This document shows positions 10,216 to 24,008 of a DNA stretch of 63,924 nt, in pieces (positions within the stretch are counted from its first letter, which is position 1; each line of letters begins with the position of its first letter). Made by a program: the position numbers and the translations under genes. Source of the stretch: Octopus bimaculoides (Eukaryota); NCBI RefSeq assembly GCF_001194135.2, contig NC_068987.1:15862002-15925925 (forward strand). Direction: 5' to 3'. A model generated the notes under the pieces. The model was not told the DNA's origin. It ran no database searches and saw nothing but the letters and a program-made list of their open reading frames with translations.

Positions 10216-10689
10216 ATTTATTTATTATACAGATATGCTTTTATTTCTGAAGGCCAGCTATGGGCCAATATTTAAAATAGTTTATAAGATTTTAGTACAA
10301 TTCATGCTTGTCTCATTGAACAGTAACACTAAACTGTGAAACAGGGTCAAACTGATGTTGGTTTTCTATTTTTTTTTTAATGTGATTTTAACCATTAAGT
10401 ATTCAGATTGCTCAGTTTACCATAATACATAATTTTCACTTGTTTTGAATTAATCCTGCTTTATCTCATAGCTTTGAGATTTCAATGATGCTATTGTTTA
10501 TCTTTAGAATAAGTGTGAGAGGCTAGATCTGGCCAGTAGGAACACAGAACAGGGAGAATATTTTGGCCAGATATGACTAGTTTAAATGCTAAAGGGTTAA
10601 TAAACTTTACATATTTTTGCTTATTTTTAAACTCGCTTGGTCTGCAGGAAGAGGTCGTGTTCCTCTTTGACCAGTAAGATTGGTGCCAT

Positions 10690-10990
10690 AAATGGTACTC
10701 TTGAACCTTTTGGCCCTTTGGAACACCTGTGGGGTTCCAGAGGGCCAATGTCCTGGGAAGGAAGAAATAGGTGTAGTGATTAGTGTAGGACTTGGGGTGG
10801 AACATGGACATAAGGAGGGGAATGGGAGGTGGACAAGAATGCTTGAGTGACAGGTGCCCAACCAGCTCCAGGGAGCAGAGCATATTATAGTACTGGTAGA
10901 AAAGGTTGAGAGAAGTGATTGCACACCTAGGAAAGATCCTGGTCCATGTCTTTGAATGATTTATGCCAAATTGACATCCTAGACTACCCA
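10690..10990 (-). mobile_element. CR1/L2-like LINE ORF2 3' remnant
   Basis: SLNLFYQYYNMLCSLEL...HYTYFFLPRTLALWN resembles the SLFYRYY..CSSEL / FFPRT...WN C-terminal motif. Confidence 0.7.
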
Positions 10991-11192
10991 ACTATGTCCC
11001 AGACCTGAGAGCAACACTTCATTTTAGACCTCAGCTGAACTTTGCAGCACATCTAATTGTTGGGGGCTGAAGTATCTTCTCACTCTAAAGAGACGGGCTA
11101 GTTGTAGGATGAGGTACTATGTTGAATTAAATGTAATCTAATTCCTTCAGTTCAGTGAAGGCTAGCCTAGTGCTCAACAGCAGTTTATGTAC

Positions 11193-11396
11193 ACTCTCTT
11201 TACTCTTTTTACTCTTTTACTTGTTTCAGTCTTTTGACTATGGCTATGCTGGAGCACCGCCTTTAGTCGAGCAAATCGACCCCCAGGACTTATTCTTTGG
11301 AAGCCTAGTACTTATTCTATCGGTCTCTTTTGCCGAACCGCTAAGTTACGGGGACGTGAACACACCAGCATCGGTTGTCAAGCGATGTTGGGGGGA

Positions 11397-11446
<50 letters not shown>

Positions 11447-11611
11447 CGACAGGCTTCTTTTCAGTTTCCGTCTACCAAATCCACTCACAAGGGTTTGGTC
11501 GGCCCGAGGCTATAGTAGAAGACTCTTGCCCAAGATGCCACGCAGTGGGGCTGAACCTGGAACCATGTGGTTGGTAAGCAAGCTACTTACCACACAACCA
11601 CTCCTACGCCT
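11193..11611 (-). mobile_element. Same SINE family, near full length, with internal (CA)n
   Basis: High similarity to copies at 20565-20946 (-), 30585-30985 (-) and 34330-34610 (+). Confidence 0.88.
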
Positions 11612-12469
11612 ATTGATTGATACATAAAAAAACCTAAGGTGTGAGATTTTTTTTAGCTCCATCATCAGTTGGGTTTAGATAAGATTAATCCTCTCTTATA
11701 GGACACCAGTCTATCCCAGAAGATTTAGAATTTGCTTCCTCCTAGATAAATGATGTGAAGTACATTAAATTATATTTCCTGCTTAAGGCTCATTGCTTTT
11801 AATTTCCTCTTTCATTTCGCCTCCACTGTTCTAATTTTATAATATCCTTTATTAAATTTTTGACACTTGAGGATACATACAAATTGATTAAGCTTAGTCA
11901 TATGATTAAGATTAGTCATATGATTAAGATTAGTCATATGGGCAGATTTGGATGAGAGCATAGGAAACTGATCCTCTTTCATTGTATTTTTAATCCAACT
12001 CAGCATCAGAATAACTTGTAGAGAAGTCTTAGTGTTAGGTACTTTGCTGTATATTATCCTCTTTACCTTTTTGTTTTCTCTACAGTGTCTCTTACAGAAG
12101 TTGTTTCTCTCACCATTTAATATTACTAACCTTCATAAAATAGGGAGTTTATGCATTTTTGTTTCTGCTTTTCTCTTTAGAAAAAAAAAAAAAAATGCTG
12201 GCAGTGTTTTATGCTTTGGCTAGTACAACACAATATCTCCAGAAAAGATATCTGTACACATAGCTTAGATATAGCTGCAAGAAGACACTACATAGATAAT
12301 GTTTCCCTTTTTGCCTTGTGTTTGTTTTATATACTCAGGGTGGGGAGGTCATGTATTCATGATACTAAGTTTAAATCCTCAACAAGTAAGTCATGGTGAG
12401 AATTACTACTTCAGTGTATTGTCTAAAATTATTTGATCTCTTTTGATGGTGTTGCAATAACATTGTGGG

Positions 12470-12688
12470 TTTAAGGCAGTGAGACACGTTAGCACGCTGG
12501 GTGAAATGCTTAGTGGTATTTTGTCTGTCTTTACAATTTGAGTTCAAATTCCACTGAGGTCGACTTCGCCTTTCATCCTTTTGGGGTCGATAAATTAAGA
12601 ACCAGTTGGGTACTGGGGTCAATCTAATCGACTTCCCCCACCCCCTTCCCCAAAATTTCGGGCCTTGTACTTAGAGTAGAAAAGAATG
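12470..12688 (+). mobile_element. Second SINE family (gagttcaaattcc...gtcgacttcgcctttcatccttt.ggggtcgataaattaagtaccag); other copies about 613-830 (-), 24285-24415 (-), 24470-24690 (+), 33505-33670 (+), 41355-41562 (-), 44040-44210 (+), 54745-54958 (-)
   Basis: B-box-like GAGTTCAAATTCC and a shared conserved core in all copies. Confidence 0.82.
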
Positions 12689-13667
12689 TGATGGGTTACG
12701 AGCCGAAATTGTCAAACTTACCCCATTGATGTCAACCCACAGGAAATCACTCTTCGTTTTTATGAGTCATGCTTCATGATTCAAAGTGATCTAAACTACA
12801 TTTTAAATCAAAATTCTAAATTGTTTTATGCCCCAGCTTAAAATAACAGTTATTTTAGTAGATCCTTAATTTTCTAAATAAATTGAAACAAAGACAGTGT
12901 ATTCCAACAGCAATATGGCGACAAACGAGCTAAACTACAACCAAGTGTCAGGTGAGATTTGGTCTTTATTAAAGCTTAACCAACTCTTTCAATGTCAACC
13001 CACCCGATTCAAAGCTGCCCTTTGAAAATGTTCATGTTTAAATTAAAACTATACATGATTCTTTTATGTAAAATCCTTTTGTTACAAACACCAGCTTAAT
13101 AGTGGCAGTTATTTTCAGTTATTTTACTAAAACACTTTAAATTCTTTATTTCCAAAAGGAATTGCAAACACTTCAGCAATGCATTTTATTAAAAATGTGG
13201 TCAGCAAAGGGTTAAGGATGAGGATTCTGTATTTTTATGTTTTTTTTTTATACTCAATTAACATTCAAATTCTGTCAAATGTAATGTGTATTGTTTTGAA
13301 TTAATTGAGTATTATCTCATAGCTTCATGATTTCAGTGATGTAAAATTATTTTTAGAATGGGGGTGAGAGGCCAGATTTAGCCATTTTAAATACAAAATC
13401 AGTATGATATTTGGGTTGGATATAGCTAGTTTAAATGCTAAAGGGTTAAGTGAATTGAATGGTTTTAATGTAAGTTATTAACCATGGCTTCTGTGTTTCT
13501 GTTGAGAGTACATTTTGGTAGTTGTGCTCTCAAATGGGAATTCAGTTTTGTCTGAAGTCTTACATACAGACACAGACATTTGGTAACCGCATTGATTGAT
13601 GTATGTAGAATAGTTGGAAGGGTTGTTGTCTCTCGCTCAAAATTTATTTCTCTTCACTTTTTCACAG

Positions 13668-13900
13668 ACATGGCAGGAAATATTGGTTATGAAGATGGAC
13701 ACCCCAACATAAATTCAAGTGGGCATGCTAAACCACCATTAAGACGTCAGCCTTCATATTATACTCCAGACATGGAAGATCGGATGCGACGACGTTTGAA
13801 ATTCTTTTTTATGGACCCCATAGAAAAGCTAAGAGCTAAAAAACGAATACCATGGAAGATGTTGTTACAGGTGGTGAAAGTTATTTTGGTAACAATACAG
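13668..13900 (+). CDS. MCOLN: Mucolipin (TRPML) exon 2: MAGNIG...RRRLKFFFMDPIEKLRAKKRIPWKMLLQVVKVILVTIQ (polybasic N-terminus, S1)
   Basis: Acceptor ttcacAG 13667, ATG 13670, donor GTAAGT 13901; matches the TRPML motif RRRLKFFFM.P..K...R...PWK..LQ..K. Confidence 0.96.
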
Positions 13901-15176
13901 GTAAGTTTACTCCCTATTATACATAGGCAAGGCTATGTGATTAAGAAGCTCACTTTGTAACTACCTGGTTTTGGGTTCAGTCCCACTGCACAGCACTTTG
14001 AGGAAGTGTCTTTTACTATACCCCTGAGGTGACCAATGCCTTGTGAATGAATTTGTTCAATGGAAAATGTGTAAAAGTCTGTTGTGGGAGTTTCTCTTTG
14101 CCAAAGCTTAACAACTGGGGTTGGTTTGTTTACATCCCCATAATTTAGCAGTTTGGTAAAAGAAACTGACAGAATTAATTCCAGGCTCAACAAATAAGTA
14201 CTGAGGTTGATCTGTTTGACTAACCAACATCAAGACAGTGCCCCGGCATAACCACAGTCCTATGACTGAAATAAGTAAATGATAAAAGAAAGATATTCTT
14301 ATTTCATGTCACTCGCATTTTTATGTCAGCTTCTCCACTTTTAGCATCAGTTGGACAGGAATCTTTTGAGCTACTGATTCCCAGCCAGCTGCCTCTTCTT
14401 TTGACCATAGGTTTATTTCGTAGGGGGTTGATCTGGGATTAAGCAACAGAATCAAATATAATGAGCCAGCATGGGATCCTGTGTCTGATAATTCAAACTG
14501 TTAGAAGTAGCAGTGCAGCCAAATTTCTCTTGATTTACACACCACTGCCTTAACAATCGAAGGATTACATTGGATAAGGTAGCGTTGAGGCTGGAAATCC
14601 TCTCCTTGAAAATCTTCTCATTTAGGATCAGATCTTAGGATCAACAATAAGCTGCTGCTGCTACTATTGTCACTGTTGCTCTTGTCATCTTATCTCTTTG
14701 GTTTATCCGAAAATTATTTTACTAATTCTCAATAAGATGAGCAACTTTAAGACCATCTGTATGTGGAGGGAGTGGGGTGAAGGTGAGGTGGTGTGGTTAA
14801 GATGTTCGCTCCCTAATGACATAGTTCTGGATTTAGTACCACTGTGTGGAATCTTGGGCATCTACTAAAGCTTTAGACCAACAAAAGCCTTGTTTGTGGA
14901 TATGATTGATGGAAACTGAATGACGCCTTTCATCGTATGTGTTACTCCTTGACATTTGCATAATAGTTGTAAAAGTGTCACCATGATACAAGTGAAGCTC
15001 TTCATTTCCAGTCGTCTGAAAATGTTTGGTCATGGGGAAACATCTTACTTGGAAACGGGTATAGGTTGGTGACTTGAATAAATTCCATCTGATCCATACA
15101 AGCATGAAAAAGTGGATGCTAAAAGGATGAAATATATACATACACACAATCTCTTAATGTAAATAAATTGGAATTC

Positions 15177-15440
15177 ATCTTCATCATCATCATTGTTTAA
15201 CGTCCGCCTTCCATGCTAGCATGGGTTGGACGATTTGACTGAGGACTGGTGAAACCGGATGGCAACACCAGGCTCCAATCTAATTTGGCAGAGTTTCTAC
15301 AGCTGGATGCCCTTCCTAACGCCAACCACTCAGAGAGTGTAGTGGGTGCTTTTACGTGTCACCCGCACGAAAACGGCCACGCTCGAAATGGTGTCTTTTA
15401 TGTGCCACCCGCACAAGAGCCAGTCCAGGGGCAACGGCAA
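15177..15440 (-). mobile_element. Retroposon 3' end with (CAT)n tail; related copies about 35125-35610, 40830-40980, 51845-52060, 59940-60080
   Basis: catcatcat-tgtttaacgtccgccttccatgctagcatggg...ctggatgcccttcctaacgccaaccact motif repeated through the window. Confidence 0.75.
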
Positions 15441-17173
15441 TTAAATTTGTAAAAGTAATTAGTGTAAATGCTACTGAGCTTTGACTAAACAAAACACAGT
15501 ATTATTTTTTCTGGATGTTTTTTTCTATGATGAAATTTTTTTTGTCTATGTTAATTTATTTCATCAACGGGCTCCCCTAGTGATATTTGAACTAGAATCG
15601 GACTGAATTAGGTAGCTGCTGAAAAACATCTGGTCTCTGTCTGTCTCTCACTCAACATTGGAGATATTTTAACCATTTCAAGTGTGTGTGTGTGTGTTAA
15701 AGAGATAGAAGTTGGTTGTAGTGAAGGTGTCCTCCAAAATATATGGTGGTGGTTGCTGTTTAAACCCAGGTGAACTTGGGTTGAACTCCTATGACTGAAG
15801 GCATTTCAGCCTTAACCATCTCTTCTATTTTCAGGCATGATCTACCCTGGTCTAGTTTATCAAATGCATCTCTGCTGTGATGTTGTGGGTGGTTTGGTTG
15901 CCAATTATAACAAGCGTAGGAAGCACACAGAAATTGTCAGTTGTCATTTCACAAATGCTTATAGTATGTGCTAATAGAAAACTAGTGTTTCTTTTCAAAT
16001 GTTTGACAAAATTCGGTTGAAAAACTAATTAGTTCAAGCTAAACTATTAACTACTTAGGAAATAGCTTCCACCAATTACCCCTTCATATTTTTATAACAT
16101 CTACACCAGCCAATGGTGGTACCTCTATGTAGTCACTGACCTGCCAGAAATGGCAACCAAAATTCTCATGTGATACACTAGCATCTTAAAAATGTAAGGA
16201 TACTTATAAATCCAGGATTATGTAGTTCTGAATACATTAGACTTGAAACAAAGGTCAGATGGTCTGGGGCTAAATAAAAATATTTATATTCAGATCTCTA
16301 TTGTTTTCACTATCAAAGCTGTACTATATTAAAATTTCTGCTCTTCTGCCTTTTATTTACCAGAAGGCTGGAGTCATTCAACTTACATCACATGACAAAA
16401 TTGTAATGTGGTAATGACTGAATAGATAGCGGATGGCTTCCTCAGCCATCTGTTATGTACTAGTTTTATCCTGGGAGATCTTTGTTCCTAAACCCACTCT
16501 ACATTACAGAACTTTGAGCTGAGTACCAAATTAAGTACCATTTGTTCAGAGCCAATGAGGTACCTGCTGTGCTCGGCACACTAGAAAGAACAGCCAAATC
16601 TCCCTCAAATCACATACCATTGTTTTGAAGTAGGATTGATAATAGTGAAATATTACTTTACTTGGAAACGAGTGATGATTGGCAACAGGAAGGGCATCCA
16701 GCCATAGGCAATCTACCTCAGTGAATTCTGCCTGACCCATGCAAACATAGAAAAATGGACAACATTAGGATAGAATTGTGTGTGTGTTGCACTATTGTCT
16801 GAGAAGATTGAATATTATTGCTGAAAGCTATCTGTTCAGTCAGGGATGATTTGATAAAGCTGTAAAACATCTGATCCAGCTTATGTCTTTCTTTCTTTCT
16901 TTTTTTTTTTTTTAAGGTATTTCAATATTATTTGAGAGGGAAAGGGAACAGGTTGTTATTGTGAAAAAGCTAATGCTTAAGTGTTGTTGTTTAACTCCAG
17001 GTCACCAGCAACTCTAGGATAGAAAACCTACTCTGACAAATTCCATCTGATCCATGGGAAAATGGATGTTGAAATGTTTAATTTCATGTAGTGCTGTGTT
17101 TTTAATTTTGTGCATTGTTTTGAAGATGGTTATGATGACTTACCTTCTGGTTTTTTGAAATCTTTGTTTCCAG

Positions 17174-17365
17174 TTGTGCATTTTTGGTTTGGAACGAGGA
17201 AATTTTGTGGACTATGTTGAGAAAAATACTATATCATTGAAGCACCTATTTCTGAAAGACTGGGAACCTGCCTATGAAACCCTTCCTTACCCGCCTGCAA
17301 CTGGTACATATGCTGTCTATGAGATCAGTTCTGTTTTTGAACATATTGATTTTGTATCAAATCAG
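17174..17365 (+). CDS. MCOLN: Mucolipin exon 3: LCIFGLERGNFVDYVEKNTISLKHLFLKDWEPAYETLPYPPATGTYAVYEISSVFEHIDFVSNQ
   Basis: tttccAG / GTAAGT, 192 nt, phase 0-0; KHLFL and luminal-loop YPP motif typical of invertebrate TRPML. Confidence 0.95.
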
Positions 17366-18325
17366 GTAAGTTACTAATTTGTGTGTTAGAGAGAGAATGT
17401 AATATTTGTGACGCCTTGGGAAAATGTCTCCTACTATAATCCGAAACCAACCATACCTTTGTGAATAGATGTGGTAGATGGAAATGGATAGAACCCCATT
17501 GTGTGTAATGCCATTTAACATCCATTTTCCATGCTGGCTTGGGTTAGATGGTTTGACCAGAGCTGCACCAGGCCCCTGTCAGCTGTTTTGGCTTGGTTTC
17601 TATGGCTGGATACTCTTCCTAACACCAATCACTTTATAGAACATACTGGGTGCCTTATATATATAGTCATTAGACTACACCCATGCTGGGACACCACTTA
17701 GAAGAAATTTTAGTCCAATGAATCGACCCCAGTTCTTATTTTTTTAAAGCCTGGTACTTATTCTATTGGCTTCCTTTGCTGAACCACTAAGATAAATGTG
17801 AGATGCTTATGGCACTTTGGTTTCCCAAGCAGACACCTACCTAAATACTATCTAGGCTCGACATTGATTACCTTTGATTATCGGACGAGAACCAGTATAT
17901 TCAGTGTAATGTAACTGTAATATATAAAATACTCACCTTCTACAGTAAAGTCAGCAGATCCTCAAATGGCTGTCAAACTACCCATGTTAAGACTGCTGTA
18001 TCAGCAGTAAGACTGCCTTTTTTTTTTTTTTTGTTACAGTTTCTGTCTACAATATTTCACTCAAGACATTGGTCAGCCTAAGTCTATGGTAGAAGACACA
18101 TGATGGAGCTGCATCATGAGATTGAACCCAGAATTAAATAGTCACAAAGCTAATTTCTCACCCACATAGCCAGGCCGAGAAATTGTAATTTGATGCAAGA
18201 AGTAGCTGCTTTTTCTAGCAAGTTATGTGATCATATAGAGGCTTTATCATTAGCTAAGTCTGATACACAATATACTGCTGTTCAGCAAGTAATGTAGAAT
18301 TAAACTGTGTTTAACACATCAAACT

Positions 18326-18381
<56 letters not shown>

Positions 18382-18391
18382 CTTATTACAG

Positions 18392-18545
18392 TACAGTAAA
18401 ATGAATCACATAGCAATTGGAGGATACCATTTCTGGAACCACAATGCTTCTACAATTCCAACTGTTTCAATGTGCAAAACTAATTATTATTCTGGATCTT
18501 ATTTTCCCAATGGAACATTTATTTTCAACCCAAGATTAATTCGCA
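18392..18545 (+). CDS. MCOLN: Mucolipin exon 4: YSKMNHIAIGGYHFWNHNASTIPTVSMCKTNYYSGSYFPNGTFIFNPRLIR (luminal polycystin-mucolipin domain)
   Basis: Long poly-T tract then ttacAG 18391; donor GTAAGT 18546; phase 0-1. Confidence 0.93.
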
Positions 18546-20121
18546 GTAAGTGTTCCATCAGAATTACCTTTAATTTTTTTAAACTTTTCCCGTTTGTTAA
18601 AAATGTTTTTTTTTTCTTATATCTTTTCTCTTATGTAGACACAGGTGTTGCTGTGTGGTTAAATTTGCTTTCCAACTGCACCTTCTCCTTGACTTACGAG
18701 CAAGTTCCGTTCCAACTGACAGGTCATAAGTTAATCCGGTCGTATGTTGGATTTATATTTTTCAACACCACTTTCATTTAAATGCAACTGAGTGAGACAG
18801 TGACAGGCAGTGAATACCTGGGTCTGAGGGAGGCTTGCATTGTCAGATACTGCCATAGTTATCATACACACAGTCCAATGCCCAATGTCCAAAAATCTTT
18901 AAACTTATTTTAAGCTTCTTATCTATTTTTGTGGTTGTAAGTGTGGATGGTCGTCAGTTATATAGGCCATAAGTCAAGAAGGTGTGCATAGTTTCAGGTT
19001 CAGTCCCACTGTGTGACACCTTGGGCAAATGTCTTCTGTAGCTGGAGGCTGATCAAAACCTTGTGAGTGGATTTGGTGGATGAAAACTGAAGGAAGCCTG
19101 TGTGTGTGTGTATGTGTGTGTCTTTGTCATGACATCATGTAATAATTGTAAATGTGTGTCACTGTCACACAAGCAGTGTAATTTATTTCCAATATTTTGC
19201 AAAAACCTGTCTTGCCATGGAGAAATATTACCTTGCTTGGAAACAGGTAAGGGTTGGTGACAGGAAGGGCATCTCCTTCTAGAAAAGCTGCCTGGACAGA
19301 TTCTGTGTGACCCATGTAAGCATGGGAAGTGGATGTTAAACAATGAGTGATGAGTAAACTTGCAGTGATGCAGAAAGTTTTAGATTAATCTGTTTACAAA
19401 TTACCTTCAGACAATATTTAAATTTGAATAAGCATTCCCTGCTATTGCAATTGAACATATAAGATCATAACCTAGTAAACTAAATCTATCTTCCAAAAAT
19501 ATTCAATGTTTGTGATTTACACCTTCCTACCCTGTAAAGGCTTTTGGTAATTTCTGTGATTTTACAATTTAAAGCAAATTATTCCCTGTATGTTATTGTA
19601 CATCTGCTTAGTGGTTTTCTTACGACTACTTCAGCAAGTATTTGAGAAATCTATGCTTCACAGAGGAGGTCTAATAAGATTGAAACTTGTTGAAAGTTGT
19701 CTCCCATATTTCCCATACTTGGCTGAATGCTTAATGTAATATTGTATAATATTGGCCATTGAGCTAATATTTGCTTTTCCTCACCACATTATAGCCTCAG
19801 GCTAACCATTATGTTTTATCAGCTTTTGATAATCACTGTATTAAATATGTTAATACCATCACCTGGCACCTTGGGTGCTTTTAGCACAGTCCACTTTATT
19901 GCAGGCATTTGTCTAGGTTTTTGGTTTAAAGATACCTCCTTCCCACCAAGTCTCTGGTATATTCTTCAATTCATGAGCAATCTTGATTTAATGAGAAACA
20001 ATGGATGGTTTTTTTTTCTTTATATGGCTGACATCTCAAAGTAATTTCCCTCTGATTTAAAAAAAAAATTTCGAAATTTTAAACCTCTTGTATTGATTAC
20101 ACTTATCTACTTTATTTTCAG

Positions 20122-20221
20122 CATGTGCTAATGTAACACAAGTTGATTTTGGAAATGGAACGGTGAAGTTTGATTTTAAAGAATTTCTGAAACGAAAGAA
20201 TATTCGTTTAAGCTTGGATCG
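20122..20221 (+). CDS. MCOLN: Mucolipin exon 5: TCANVTQVDFGNGTVKFDFKEFLKRKNIRLSLDR
   Basis: ttttcAG / GTGAGG, 100 nt, phase 1-2, open in the linked frame. Confidence 0.9.
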
Positions 20222-20564
20222 GTGAGGTTCCTTCTTTTTGAAAATATATAAAAAAAAAAAAAATTCTAAACCAAAATTTTATTTCAACCTTCTACATAAA
20301 TATAATGCACTGGTGCCATGTAAAAAGCACTTAGTTCACTCTGCAGACATTGAAGCATGGTGCGGTCTTCTACCTGGCCAGCTCCTATCAAACTATTCAA
20401 CCCATGCCAGCATGGAAAGTGGACATTAAATGATGGTATATGAAATCTGTTCTTGCTGGTCTGATTCAGACTCGAGTTCCTTCGGTGCACCTCTTATATT
20501 AATCGATCTTTATGGAAATGTACTTCCATCAGAAATATTCCAAAGTTCAGGCATGGCTGTATAC

Positions 20565-20946
20565 ACTTATTCTTTTACTTGTTTGTCATTTGACTGCGGC
20601 CATGCTGGAGCACTGCCTTTAGTCGAGCAAATCGACCCCAGGACTTATTCTTTGTAAGCCTAGTACTTATTCTATCGGTCTCTTTTGCTGAACCTCTAAG
20701 TTACGGGGACGTAAACACACCAGTATCGATTGTCAAGCGATGTTGGGAGGACAAACACACAATATATATATATACATATATACGACGGGCTTCTTTCAGT
20801 TTCCGTCTACCAAATCCACTCACAAGGCTTTGGTCGGCCCAAGGTTATAGTAGAAGACACTTGCCCAAAGTGCCACGCAGTAGGACTGAACCCGGAACCA
20901 TGTGGCTGGTAAGCAAGCTACTTACCACACAGCCACTCCTGCGCCT
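20565..20946 (-). mobile_element. SINE copy in mucolipin intron
   Basis: Near-identical to 11193-11611. Confidence 0.88.
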
Positions 20947-21331
20947 GTCTAGTTTTACTCTTTATTTTTCTTTTATTCCTTATAAACTGAATTTCCCTGT
21001 GTAGTACTTTCATACACAATCACTTTGTCTCTAATGGAAAACCCAGTGTATGGACATGCTAGCCCATCACTTGGGATATCCCAGAAACAGCTGTAATACT
21101 TCAAATTAACCTTGCCCTAATTGAATTATTATAAATGATTTGTGATACTCGTCCTTTCTGGGTTTTGATGTCCTTTTCCTCTAATGCATACCTGCTAACT
21201 TGGAAGCCAAATATGGATTCCTAGGTCCAGCCTCAGCTGTGAACTTGGAACCTGACGGATGACCAATTATAGCACTTACTCAGTATACCTATTTGTTTAG
21301 ATTAGCAGTGAACTAAACCCTTCATATCCTT

Positions 21332-21334
<3 letters not shown>

Positions 21335-21420
<86 letters not shown>
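21335..21420. repeat. (CA)n microsatellite; many other (CA)n, (TA)n and mixed tracts (e.g. 28325-28395, 29467-29508, 32020-32210, 33008-33260, 58670-58720, 59245-59328)
   Basis: Direct inspection. Confidence 0.95.
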
Positions 21421-21423
<3 letters not shown>

Positions 21424-21846
21424 GAGATTCTTTCAGCATACATCTACCAAATCCACTCATAAGGTTTTGATCAACCTTAAGGCTGTAGTAGAAGACACTT
21501 GCCCAAAGTGCCATTTAGTGGGACCGAACTCAAAATCACGTGATTACAAAGCAAATTTCTTAACCATTCAGCCATAAGTTTACTGTCACTGGTTTCAGTA
21601 TTTGGACTGTGGCCATGCTCGGTCACCACCTTGCCACACGCTTCAAAAAACCACTGGCTTGGACAGTTCTTTTATGCTAGTGTTTAAATGTGTAAGAATC
21701 TTCTCTTTCATTGTAACTGAGGAAAATGGTATAAAGATAAAGGAGAAAATAGTTTGATGTATTTTCTCTTCATATTTTGCATATTTTTCAATGTGATAAG
21801 CTGACTGACTTTGTACTTTACTTGTGACTGTTGTTTTATTTTCTAG

Positions 21847-21943
21847 ATTATTGAAAATTGAACTCAACTTCTTGGTGCATACAGTGCGTCTTGAGCTAGA
21901 TGTTCCTCACCGATGTCCTATCTGTTTTCTGATGAATGTTTCA
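21847..21943 (+). CDS. MCOLN: Mucolipin exon 6: LLKIELNFLVHTVRLELDVPHRCPICFLMNVS
   Basis: ttttctAG / GTGAGT, 97 nt, phase 2-0. Confidence 0.92.
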
Positions 21944-22888
21944 GTGAGTTATCGTTTTAATTTATTTATGTTCACATATATTATGTTATAAAATGTTTTG
22001 GTACTATTTTTCATCAATTTTCCAGTTTGTTTCCCCCTGCCACTATGTTGATACCTTGGGCAGGTGTCTTCTATTATTATAGCCCCAGGCCAACCTAAAC
22101 CTTGTGAGTGGATTTGGTAGATGGAAACTGAAAGAAATCAATCCATTGTGTGTGAGATTTGGCACTGCATGATAGTTGTAAACAGCATCAGTAATACAAG
22201 CTGTGCTCATGCTCAATCACAGCCAACTTGGGTCTAAACAATAGCAGCAACCCTGGCTGATTAGACAAAAGCAATTGGGGTTTTATATACACACACACAC
22301 ACCGCACACGCCTGTGTACGCACACACACACACGCACCCTTCTCCAGCTGTATAACCATAAATATTTTGTAGATATAAAAGTGATTGTTGAAAGTTTGCT
22401 CCATGAATTATCTGCTTTTAATTTCTTTTTAAATATCCAATATTTCATAAATATGTTCCTGTTCTATATTTCCATTGTTTAGATGTTAAGTACTCTATTG
22501 TGAATTGTTGCTGTATGAGCACATTCACCTATAAGTAGAAGTCATTAATTTCCCCCACTTAAATTAACTTGAGGCTGTAGAATAATGTCCTTTATTTAAG
22601 CATAGAATGCAAGGGTTAAGCTTTTAGCTTGTGGCTGTGTGTAGATAGTTTCTCATAAGTTTATGGATTTTTAAATATTTTTACATGCTTAAATGCTGAA
22701 CCAGTTACATGACGTGTTTGTAGATACTACAATGAATGTATCTAGATAGGTATTGGCAAATGTGTTTTGCCAAAGAGTACTAAACCAGTACTAAATGTCC
22801 TCATTGGACATGACCAACCATGGAGTAGTTTCCTTTTAATATATAATTTACCTGTTCCCATGTTTTTTCTTTAATTTTCTTTGAACAG

Positions 22889-22979
22889 ATTACATTTGAC
22901 AATAGTGATCGCAATGGGCAAATGCTGGTGTTTCTCAATCCAAACATTTCTGAAATAGGATGCCGTGGATCAATAATAG
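22889..22979 (+). CDS. MCOLN: Mucolipin exon 7: ITFDNSDRNGQMLVFLNPNISEIGCRGSII
   Basis: gaacAG / GTGAGT, 91 nt, phase 0-1; conserved ITFDN motif. Confidence 0.95.
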
Positions 22980-24008
22980 GTGAGTAACAGTGTTTTCAGA
23001 AGAGGTTGCATCAAAGGAATATGTTGGACTGTTAATAACCAAGTCATTAAATCTATTCATTGATACTATACTGTGCTTTCTTGATAAAACCCAGCAATAG
23101 CTTCAAACTGCTTGAGGGACTGTCACATATATAGATCAAGATGTATTGGGGCTGTTGCTAGGGTAACAGAGCTAAAGTATGTACAGCAAAGCCACTTGGC
23201 ACAGATTGACCTTGAATTGTTATTCATGTAGACTGTTATAACATTCTCGCTCACTTCCATTATTCACAGTAGTGCTTGGAAGTGGAAGTAGTGTGGTCTT
23301 CTCAAAAAGATTGGGTTTCAGCTGCACAGGATCTCATTGATTGTGTTGAGGAAGATGGAAACTTTCATTTTTGAAAATGGGTGACAGATTGTGCCTCTAT
23401 TACTGTGACCCCGAAACCAAGGTTCAGTCTTTGCCTTGGAAGACCTACAACAAGATTTCAAGACGTTGAGGAAATCTAAAAGAATGTGATGAGGCTGCTG
23501 CTCTCTAATCCAAAAAGGAGTTCCAGGAATGCTTCCATCAATGGAAACAATGCTGGATAAAGTTTCTTTAGAAGGAAATAACTTTGAAGAAGATGAAATG
23601 CTAACTTGATATGTATTGTGGTTTTCTTTTTATTGCACCAGTTCCAATACATTTTGATCTGACCTTTGTGTGTCAATAAATTGGTCACTTCAGCCAAGTT
23701 TTTCTCATTTGAATAGCTTGACATATAGTATATATAAAGAGAAAAAAAACATGATGATGATGGCCTGGAATTAGAAAATTTAGGGAACCGAAGGCCATTG
23801 TATAAAAGACAACCTGGTTGTTTTCCTCCCCCCTCTCTCTTTTTTTTTTATAAGCTGTCTTCCTTGTAGAAAGATTCATGTAAAAGCCAAACATATATAG
23901 ATAAGTTTGTTCTGCAGTTCAGCAACACGTTAGCATAATCTAAAAAGTAAACTGAAAAATAAGGCTATATTGTTATCACTGAGATTGTTTTATTGTCTCT
24001 TTCTTCAG

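Noticed and set aside
11155-11627. ORFs 11155..11577 and 11385..11627 (also 20430..20912, 58150..58383)
   Set aside because: Antisense reading of a high-copy SINE; near-identical peptides recur at several loci
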